Source: Geosiphon pyriformis uo1
Lineage: Eukaryota; Fungi; Glomeromycota
DNA: 64,000 bases
NCBI GenBank assembly: GCA_016748015.1
Contig: JAAOMT010000135.1
Coordinates: 1,115,085-1,179,084, forward strand
Reading direction: 5' to 3'
The notes beneath the pieces were generated by a model that saw nothing but the letters and a program-made list of their open reading frames with translations, was not told where the DNA came from and searched no databases. Within the stretch, counting starts at the first letter, position 1, and the number at the start of each line of letters is the position of its first letter. Of this stretch, positions 51,086 through 64,000 are shown piece after piece. The translations under genes and the position numbers were made by a program.

Positions 51086-53716
51086 ATGAAGCTCGTAAGT
51101 TTTGCTCTTCTGAAGTTTTCTGCTTACCCTTGTTATAATTATAGTTTTCTTTTTCTTTTTAGCACTGCCTTAGCACTAATCCCCGCACAAACTGTTTTTT
51201 GTTGAAACTACGCCAATTGGAACTGTTGTTTGACTGTGGTTTAGACTTATCAGGTCTTCTCAAATTTGCACCTCTTGATACTCTCGGCGGAGTAGACGAG
51301 CATGGAGTTACAAATATATATAATTTGGCTTCTGAAAACTCGAATGCTAATGAGACGCTTGCCGAAAGGACCTCTAGACATAAACGTCGCAAGGTCGAGG
51401 GTATTCGTGTGCGACAGCGTGGAGAAATATTTGTTCAGACCCCAGATTTTTCAGCAGTTGAATGGAGCTCAGTTGATTTTATATTGATATCCAATTTTAA
51501 ACATATGCTCGCGTTACCCTTTGTTACCCAGTACACCGAGTTTAACGGCAAAATATTCGCGACTGAACCAACAATTGAGCTTGGACGGTTTGTAGGACTC
51601 GCTAATGATTTTTGGAGTAGGAATTTTCCGCACACTAACAAATTATTCGATTAATTTATTTAATATTAGGCAACTAATGAAAGAACTAGTTCATTATTTC
51701 GGGGAAAATCTTTTGTGTGACGCACCAAAAACGCGCTTTTTTTCGAAATCAAAGTATGTATGTGTCGTTTTCCTTTTTTTTTCGAAAATTTGGAAATAAT
51801 CTTATTCCTTATAATATTGATTAGAGAAAAGATAAATTTTACAGAAGATAAAGGACCATACAACTCACGTTCACTGTACACTATTACTGATGTTAACTTA
51901 TGCATTGAGAAAATACAACCCATAAGATACGGTGAACATTTGGTAAGATGAACTTTTCATGTTTTTCACAAATTTTCTTATTTGATTCAGTCATCAGCAT
52001 ATTTGCTAACTACTCGCTAGATGCTATTCAATTCACTTAAAGTAACCGCTTATAGCTCAGGTTTTTGCTTGGGAGGTGCAAATTGGTCAATAGAATATGG
52101 ATATCAAAAGGTTTGTTTATCATAAAACATCCCTGATATATTTTTGTTTGTAATATATATATTAAATATTCACTTCAACTAGATTGCACTCATTTCTTCA
52201 TCCTCGGTTGGTAATAATATTCACCCAGCCCCTTTTGACAAAATTGTGCTTGAAAATGCCAATGCAGCTGTGCTAAGTGATATAAACCCAGAAGTTAACA
52301 TATCCTACGATCATATGATTAACGAAATCGAACATCATGCAGGTATGTCCATGAAATAAATAAATATTTGTTGCAGCTACATCAGGGTAAATAATCTTAC
52401 CAAAGTTCGTTTTGGAGCGAGCGCTCTAAAGCGAGGCAACAATGTGTTGTTTCCATGTAGTTTAAATGGAATCATTTTCGATATTCTAAAAGATCTTAGT
52501 GATCGCCTCGAGAGAATGGGACTTCAGATTCCATTTTACATCGCTTCACCTGTGGCGGAAGAATCTCTTCAATATTCCAATATTCTTGCCGAATGGTAAA
52601 TATATTTGTACGTTGATATCGTGATTTAAGCATAAGCCTTTTAATAGAATAAATCATTGCAGGATGTGTGCTCCAAATCAGGAAAAGGTTTATATACCGG
52701 AGGATCCAATGGAACACAAACGTTTAATGAGTCAAGGCCGACTCATACACGTTGCCCGCGTTGATAGCTCGATCAACGAAAAATATAAGGAACCATGTAT
52801 TGTTTTTTCTGGCCACCCATCGTTGCGAAGTGGCCCTGTAATTGATTTTATACACAAATGGGGAGCTGACGCGAACAACTTGATTATATTTACAGGTTGA
52901 GATAATCTTCTAGTAGTGTATTTAATGACTATTTGCTCATCTTTACTATTCTTCAGATTCTGAATTCGACCGTAAGAGCGCCATGAGGGCATTCGAAGGA
53001 ATGCGTATTAAGTTCGAATATTTGCCAATCGACATCCGGCTGTCTACTTATCAAGTTGGTCAGATCATAGGCTTGCATAAACCTCAACATGTTATCATCT
53101 CAAATGACGTTATTGACAGTGCTGCAGGGACATTTCCTCCAATCCCGCTGTTAACACCTTATCGTTATATGGATATTATCAATATTCCTATTAAAATCTC
53201 TTTTGAGAAAACTTTGTTAACGGAAACGGTAAATTCATATAAGAAGATTTTGAGATTTTGAGATTATATTCTAACACTTATTTCTCACGTTAGTTGGCAA
53301 AAAATATTCCCTTGATCAAATTCGGTCAATCGCTACTTGGTTCTTTACAAGGGAAGCTACTAATGCACAATAATCAGCTTGCTTTGGAGCCCGAGAAAGA
53401 TCTTGTTCCTTCGAGGCTTCTTTGGGGTTCCCTACGCGTAGATAAAATACTTGATCGCTTGTCACAGGTATGCATCCACAATCCTGAAATTTTAATCTGA
53501 CCTCGTTTTTGAAATTTGTATATTGACTTGCATTAGATTGGCATCGATGATTTCAATGTTGTGCACGATGAGCTGACTTCAGATATTACAATCACCTTAC
53601 ATTCCCCGACCGCTATCATTAAACTCAGTGATGGTAAATCAATCATTGAAGCTAACAATAATAGAACCAGAAAGATTTTGGCGGATATTCTAGTTGCGCA
53701 ATTCACAAAATCCTAA
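51086..53716 (+). CDS. INTS9: Integrator complex subunit 9 (inactive MBL/beta-CASP), multi-exon
   Basis: 'MKL|HCLSTNPRTNCFLLKLRQLELLFDCGLD', 'VDFILISNFKHMLALPFVTQYTEFNGKIFATEPTIELGR', 'YSSGFCLGGANW', 'SLQYSNILAEW', 'PCIVFSGHPSLRSG', 'LPIDIRL'. Confidence 0.9.
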
Positions 53717-54123
53717 TGAAATTTCGCGAGTTTTTATGGATACGCAAATTTGTCAATTATGATAAGATGGAATCCTAAGGTGTTAGCAGGAGTCAGGAAA
53801 AAAATTTTAGAATTTGCAGGTGCTATCTTCATAGATTATAAAAATGCTCTTAGCCAAATTCCTGCCACAAGATAATTAACTTAACCAGACGATAAACTTG
53901 GGAACTATCACATTCATCTTAAAAAGGCAAGTAATAATTGATCTGATCGAGTCTTTGATAAAGATCATTCTTAATAAATATCCGGTTTTGATACCTAATG
54001 TAATCCTCTTAAAAATTGAAAGCTGACAATTGATAGAATATTTTTAAGTCCATTAAATGATGGCTGAATTTTTTTTCACGTTAATCAAAAGATTCGGGTT
54101 TTCGTACAAGGGTCCTATCCCAA

Positions 54124-56735
<2,612 letters not shown>

Positions 56736-57018
56736 CTTCAACTTTCAAAAAATGGGGCATTTCACGAATTGCCTCAGCCGAGATATGAAAATTTTTAAAC
56801 GCGATTTATGTTCCACAGTCAGATCTAAATACTAAAATCTGGGGATTCTTTTCCACGTTTTCGCTAAATCAGGAAGGCTGACATCGATCCAAGTCTCGTA
56901 AAAATCCGATCATAAAATCCGTGATATTGATCAAGTAAACAAACAATGAGTCAGAAACGTAAAAAATTCTGTAGTCAAATGAAAATCTCGTTCCACTCTT
57001 CGCTTAATTGCTCTCTTA

Positions 57019-59745
57019 ATGGAGGATCCTTACCAAGACATCCCTGAGGCTACTTTTACCGAAGAAAATGATTTTCTAGAAAACGAAATTTTAAATTATG
57101 AACAAAACCTAAACCCACCAACTGCTGATTTTTATGGTGTACTAAATGTTGACAAAGAAGTGAGTGCGGGACATACTCGAAACTTTTAATTTCTATACAG
57201 CTGACATTCTCCAAATCTGGATAGGCCACCGAGGAGGAACTTAAGGAGGCCTACAAGCGCCTTTGTAGAGCGTTTCATCCAGATAAACATTTGGATCCTG
57301 AAAATAAAAAACTTGCGGAAACGAAATTCCAAGTCATCCAAAAGGCTTATGAAGGCAAGTAGTTTTTCTAAGATTTACTTAATTTTTTTTGCTTTTACTG
57401 TCGTTAATTTTCATTATACGCGTTTCAATTCCAGGAGTTTGCATAACCTTTCCACTTCGTTCTCTTTGACTCAATATGTTCATAGTGTTAACCGATCCCA
57501 CCAAAAGAATGATCTATGACATGTTTGGTGAAGAAGGGTTGAAAACTCAATGGGAAGTGGGTGCTCGATTGAAGACGCCGCAAGAGGTTTGAAACTCTTA
57601 GTTTAAAATTTCTTTTCCAGGGTTTTTTTTAACTGATGTTCTTCCATATATCTAAGCTTAGAGAAGAATTCCAAAGTCAATTACGTCTCAAAAAAGAACA
57701 AGAATTAGACAGTTCAGTCAAGCCAAGGGTATTTTATACATCCCAATTTAATGTAGACTAAGTTTTATGAGAGCTTAATTATGGATTCATTATATTTCGC
57801 ATCTTTGATTCTTAGTCGGATATTCAGATTAATATAGATGCTTCTCAATTGTTCAATCCTTACGACGGCCCATCCCGTCCTGTTAGTCGTAGAACGCGAC
57901 TATCTTTCTCAGATATATTATCCAATATAGAAATGACACAGCTTTTTTTGAAACATTCGCATGAGGTACGATCTATCCATATTTGATCCATCATATTAAG
58001 CTAATTAATCATCAATTTTTTTTGACCTTAAAGGTGCCGATTAATGATAATACACAAGCTTCGTTTGTTGGTCAAATGATGTCAAGGAATGGAGTTGGCG
58101 GTGGCAACGTCGTCGGAACTTTGAGACATACATTTTCGCCAAAGTTTTGGGCTGAAGTAATTTCGAGCCAATTATTCCGGCTTGATTTTCGTCTGGGAAT
58201 CAAATTATTTCCTTTTATCTGATTAATATCGATTCCCTTTCACGATAGATCGGGATTTCGGTAGCCCAACCCAGAATTTTGAGTATTAAAGGATTTTATG
58301 CTATTGATACTGATAGGTGGTTTTTTTAAAACCTATATAAATCATTTGCAATTCAATTTATCATTGACCTAAAACTCTTTTCCAGTTTCCTGACTGTTAA
58401 TAGCCAATCACATACTATTAACTCGCCCCCAACGATTAACATTACCTGTGGTCGCAGATTAGGCACTAACATTACCGGGTACTTGACCTACAAGACCGGA
58501 GCATGGACTTTGGGTCCTTGGGGAAAAGATGAATCTTCATTGTTTGCCCGCCGTGAAAAGTCCGCGATAGCCGTTGGGCTTTCTGGGGGATACAATAAAT
58601 CAGGATATTCATTTGAGCTTCAGGTAATCCGCGAATTCATATTAAGAAAAACCATTGGAAGATTGTTAAAAATTACCTCGTGATAGACCGGCATAATTCA
58701 GTCCCACATTTCCGCGAGCTATAATCGCAAGCTTGCTAACGATTATCAGATTCGAGGATCTACTACCTTATCAACAACAAATGGCTTAATTGTCAGTATT
58801 GGCGGGGATCACAAGGTAACAACTAATTCACGAGTCGCAATATATTTGGATTTTGGGTTTCCGACTGGTCTCACTTTTAAATTCAGGTAAACTTTAATCG
58901 ATGGAACTCTTAAAATTTTAAAATTTTATTAATTTCAAACGTAAAATTTACTAGGTTTTCTCGCCTTGGCCAAAAGATTACCATACCTGTCAACATTTCT
59001 TCGGAGTTCGATTCTGGTCTTATATTTTGGAGTACCATAATTCCTGTCGTAACTATTTGCGCATTAGATCAACTAATATTGGATCCTCGAAGAAAAAAGA
59101 CAAGAGCAAAGTATGGTTATTTTTGCAATTTTCAATTATTTTATTGATACTGAAATCAATCTCTTTATTAGAAAATTGGCTGCATTGCGAGACCGCCACG
59201 CTGATTATATTACAACACAAAAGCGCGAAGCTGCTGAAACACTTCGCTTGTTAAGGCCTTCAGTAGAACGTAAGATAGATGCTGAGAGGGATAAAGATGG
59301 ACTCATCATTGTTGAAGCTTGGTATGGTAATATAGTGCAACAGATAAAAGAGGATGTCCCCCTTAAAGATTGCAATTATGCGATTGATGTGTCCATACCA
59401 CTTCAAGCATTGGTCAATGATTCCCAATTGATTATCCCGGGTGGGCGTTCCAAGGTAATTTATATCGTCTTATTAAAAACAAACAATTGTTTAAAAATTT
59501 TTTTTCAATTTTAATACAGTCTAGTATTATGGGCTTTTTTGATCCATGTATGGGAGAGCCAAAGCAATTAAAAATTAAGTACATATTTAAAAGAAAGCTA
59601 CACGAGATTACAGTAGATGATACAGCTCCAATTGCGCTTCCATTACGTTGTAAGTTGCAATTTTCAAACAATCTTTCAATGAAACTAAAAAGTTTTTAAC
59701 TAAAAATTTATTATCATAGCACATATAATCCCAAATGATCGATAA
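57019..59745 (+). CDS. DNAJC11: DnaJ homolog subfamily C member 11 (J-domain + DUF3395), multi-exon
   Basis: J-domain 'DFYGVLNV...YKRLCRAFHPDKH...AYEVLTDPTKRMIYD', 'RNGVGGGNV', and C-terminal 'GLIIVEAWYG...IDVSIPLQALVNDSQL...GFFDPCMGEPKQL'. Confidence 0.92.
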
Positions 59746-59862
59746 CCTATTGAGAAGTATCAAAAGAAGCCCAAGGGCTTTGATAGGGCAAATAAATAGG
59801 TCTGTAAATGGATTTCGAATCAAGATTATGCTCTTAACAATCTTTCAATTACTTGCACAACG

Positions 59863-60939
59863 TTACAAGGAAACCTAGTCATCTTTATTTCATTTCCTAC
59901 TTACAAGAAATCGAGGTTTTAGTAATGGAAATGGCATTGCTTGTATTACATTATGATTTGTGACTTACCCTAAATATCAAAGATATTCTTCGCCCTTTGG
60001 GAATCATCTTCCCTTTGAAGACATGTTTATCAGGTTCGGAAGGAATTTCGTGAGTAAAGTACGATCTCACAGTACCTCTACAACCTCAAAGAACCAATAG
60101 TATGCTTCATTTTGATTTGATATTTTGAATTTAAAAACGTGACTTTTGTTTGCGGAGACTCACTTCTGAAGATAAAGACATCCTGGTTCCAATAGAGCTG
60201 AGAATGCCACATTTGATTGATCCACAGAACGAAATATCATGACAGCTGGCGAAATTAAACAAACTCCCACAATTACTGCTCCCGAATACTAAGAAAATTA
60301 GACAACGTATTGTCTTCCACCAAGTCATCACTTCTAACCATCTGTCTTTATTTTTTTTGCGGCAATCAAGAAACTCAAGATTACCTCTAGATTATCCACA
60401 TGAGGTTTGATCCCACCCCATTCTGCTAAATCCAAAATATGGACAGAACTCCATTTGTTAATTGTGGAGCAAACTCGTGGAATAAATTCATACACCTTTT
60501 CTTTTAATAATTCACTGATTTCACTTGTCACATCGTCCCCAGTGACAATCCAGTCTGAGACCTGACATTCTCGATACCCACGAATCACACCATCAAAGTG
60601 ACCATTTTGATATGATAAAGTTTTCCCTAGTAAACGGTCTAATTTTTTTTTAGACTGTGTCACTAGCAGATTTTGTTCATACTCTGTAAAATGATTTGGG
60701 TACAATAAGAAATCACTGAAACAAAACTTGGCAGCTTGTGAACTGAGTGAAGAATAGTCAATTTGTGGCTGTTTTTCAAACGATTTGAAAGCTTCTTGGG
60801 ATATTAATACACCAGAACTACCTAAAGCGTTTTGGTGCCAGTTATATATAACCTTTCTAGTCTGTCTATTTTGAAAGGCAATACGAAGACTTTTCAAACC
60901 AACAGACACGATTTGTTTTGGTAAAATTTGAAATAACAT
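59863..60939 (-). CDS. ALKBH7: Alpha-ketoglutarate-dependent dioxygenase AlkB homolog 7 (mitochondrial), multi-exon
   Basis: 'GHFDGVIRGYRE', 'VHILDLAEWGGIKPHVDN', 'LEPGCLYLQ', 'FTHEI', 'RRISLIFR'. Basic, presequence-like N-terminus. Confidence 0.88.
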
Positions 60940-61048
60940 GAATATTCAATTAAAATGGAAAAGTTTTTGATTCCATTATCTAATATCAGATTATCTTAGA
61001 TTTCTAGGTATCCAGCTAACGAATTGGTCATTAATAAGAGTGATTGCT

Positions 61049-62381
61049 ATGGCAAACACCGAGAGAGAAACAAGGTTTATGTATAAATGTGTTTTGCTTG
61101 ACATTGAAGGCACTACGACTCCTATATCTTTTGTTCGAGATATTTTGGTGAGTCAAAGCATAAGGGAAAAAAATCAAATTAGAGATAGTGTTATTTGCTA
61201 ATTAAATTACGCAGTAAGTTTTTGAATGATACAAGATATATTAACCTATAGATTCAAATCAAATAAAGTTTTCATATATTCGAATCAATCTACAAAAGTT
61301 TATCATTGAGAATTGGACTTTTCCTGAGCTACAAAGTCAAATTCAATTACTTCGTGATCAGGTGAAATGGAATTTTTTTTTATTCTTTGAAATGTGTATG
61401 TCCCTAATTTTAATTTGCAAAACTTGCTTTGGGGAACTCAGGCCTCCGAAGATGTTAAAAATGGGCTTCAATTTGTTCCAGTGATTATCCCTGAGGTGAA
61501 TGAAAGGCGAGTGATGAAATTTATCATTCTACATTTGGTTTTATATGTAATCAGCCAGTATGGTAGTAATCAAAAGTATTAGTAATGTAGAAACTGTTCA
61601 AGAGGCCGTTATCAATAATGTGTTGGGACAAATGCAAGTGGATAGGAAAAATGCGGCACTTAAGTCATTCCAAGGATATATGTGGCGATTTGGTTACGAG
61701 TCTGGGTCTTTGAAAAGCGTGTGAGCTAAAATTTTAAATTGAATTATTCTGAATTAATTTCTTATTTACGTATCCTTAATGTATTGTTCCTTCAACAAAG
61801 CGTTTACGACGATGTTGTGATAGCTTTGAAGAGGTGGAAAGATCAGAGCATCAAAATTTTCATATATTCTTCAGGGAGCGTGGAAGCCCAGAGACTTTTA
61901 TTTAGATATTCTGATAAAGGGGACTTGCTACAGGTATTTAACGGTTGTATAATGATTTAGCCTTACATCTAGTTTGGCAATGATTTTCCACGAGTTTATA
62001 ATTCTAGTACTTTGATGGACATTTTGATACCAACCTCGGCTCAAAAACTGACAATCATAGTTACCAAAAAATCTCTCAAGAAGTTGGTTTCAAGCCATCT
62101 GATATATTGTTCATTAGTGATAATATTCAAGGTGAGAATTAACTTTGCTACTATGAACCGGATATACTTTCTTTGCAACAAGTATTTCTGTGAATAACAT
62201 CGATTCCTAAAAATTCTAACGACCTCTAGAGATTAATGCCGCCAAAATTGCCGGATTGCAAACCGCTATTGCTGAGAGACCAGGAAATGCACCTCTGACA
62301 GCTGATGATCGTGAAAATAATCTTGTCTTATCAGATTTTTTACAATTGACAACAGGTTCAGGTAATCTCTACCGCTCTTAG
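61049..62381 (+). CDS. UTR4: Enolase-phosphatase E1 (methionine salvage, HAD family), multi-exon
   Basis: 'VLLDIEGTTTPISFVRDILF', 'DRKNAALKSFQGYMW', 'IYSSGSVEAQRLLF', 'ILFISDNIQEINAA'. Confidence 0.93.
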
Positions 62382-64000
62382 TAATTTTTTATTAACATCT
62401 ATAGATTTCATAAATTTATTATTTGATCATAGAAACTGTTCGCGATGCCCCCTAAGTGGTCAAATTTCTTTGATAAATATATATTTAAGTTCTAACATAT
62501 TTCTGAAATATTGAGAAATAAATTCCTATTAGGAAATCACTAAAGACAATCTCAGTTTTGCAATTTTGATTAAATTTTAATGTGATGTGAGACCATAATG
62601 TTCGCTCATTCATTCATTGAAGTTTTGCGGGAGTACGTAATTTTGTAACCACTTAAAAGACTTATTAGCTATATCAAATATTCTGATATATTTATTGAAT
62701 GATATTTTAACCTTTTGTAGTCATGGGTGGGAACCTACATTCCTAAAAAATTTATGCTATTCAATTAAAAATATTACGTTCAAGAAAGATATCACATTAA
62801 CATTTTAAGTTTATAATAATCATTGAGTTAAATCCGTGATTATATTCTTCCCTGGCAAATAACCAAATAGAAGAAAGTATTCAAATTAAAGTTTCGATTA
62901 TTTTCATTCATATTTACTACTTCCTCCTTTTGGTTTTGTTGTTTTTTCCTTAGCAGGTTCCTTTTTCAATAAAAAGCTTTTGATTTAATTCCGAACGAGG
63001 TAATGCTTTCAATTTAATTGAAACCTTTCACGAAATGGCTAAAAAAGAATTCTATTTACTGTGATTGATTTTCTTGGAACGCTTGCTTATTAGTTTGCTT
63101 AGAATGAATATATTCTTCTCCAAAGCTTGTTCCAATTTATTCACCCATTTTTCTTGAGCTCAAGTAATTATCAAAAATTTAAAGCCTCATTTGAGAGAAC
63201 TTTTTCAGTTTCGCTTTTTTCTAAATTATGAAATTTTCATTTATTTTTTCTTTGTTACTTTTGAAAGTGATAACTAATATTTCTTTATAATTTGCTAACA
63301 CAAAAAAATATGAACCAATCTATTTTTTGTTGGAATAAGGGTCGTCCTTCCAATTTCAAAGAAATTTTTTATTTTAATTGTTCAAGCTATTAAATTAAGT
63401 TTATTTTTATCCTCCAAAATTGAACAATTGGGTGAACCTTCAAGACAGAGTGAATTAGCATAACAAATTACTTTGCTGTCTAGATGAAATTTTTTTTTAA
63501 CATTATATAAAGTCCAAAATAATGTCTACATTTTTCAAATTTTGGAAATTTTAACAATAATATAAAGCAGAAATATTTATTAACCCCAAAACAACCAAGA
63601 ACATAATTAACTATATTATTCAAGTTTTTTAATAAATATAATTTTATTGTTAAGTAAAATAATACTAGCTAAAAGTTTCATATTGGATGATTATAAAACG
63701 TTATTTTAGTGAAAAAAATATATGAAACAACTTGTATTGTTTTATTTATAAAAATTTAAAATTATTGGATAATTAAAAATTTATTGAAAAAAAGTATATA
63801 TTGTAATAAGCTGTGTTTAAAAAGCAGAATTTAATGAAAACATTCATACGGAAATTATCCAATTCATCAAAAAATTTTGAGGTATACAAATAGGCTAATC
63901 AATATGAAAATATCATTTTTGAAAATTTATCTTTATCATCATGTTAAGAGTAATGGAATAACAGATTTATACTTATAAAAAAATCTGGAACCTATCATAT

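Noticed and set aside
61768-61781. GTATCCTTAAT, resembling a U12 donor or branch site in UTR4
   Set aside because: It lies inside an intron with a normal U2 donor (GTGAGC) that preserves the reading frame.
62900-63500. Short minus-strand coding-like stretch (..RKWVNKLEQALEKNIFILSKL..)
   Set aside because: No recognisable motif, and no consistent exon structure could be built.

Overview
Eukaryotic (fungal) genomic DNA with many short spliceosomal introns. The gene set combines fungal DASH-complex Dad1 and ERG1 with animal-type INTS9, full-length ZGRF1, MEA1 and ALKBH7. This points to an early-diverging fungus, probably Mucoromycota/Glomeromycotina (inference). There are two CpG-rich gene islands. 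The first (~4.4-11.5 kb) holds tRNA-Gly(TCC), a ZGRF1-like DUF2439+SF1 helicase and Dad1. The second (~48.8-62.4 kb) holds an MEA1-like gene, YbeY, INTS9, ERG1, DNAJC11, ALKBH7 and enolase-phosphatase E1. Flanking and between them lie AT-rich, almost CpG-free retroelement graveyards (1-4.3 kb and 11.5-48.4 kb). These contain: LINEs (APE-RT-RNase H); an ORF1-only non-LTR element sharing a structured 3' tail with the LINEs; a full-length Ty3/Gypsy with a Cys-rich insert, a dUTPase and an extra 3' ORF; non-autonomous LTR elements; and nested LTRs with 4-bp RYRY target sites. Repeat copies differ almost entirely by C>T/G>A transitions, a RIP-like signature. Exon boundaries and the edges of decayed elements were read by eye and are approximate.
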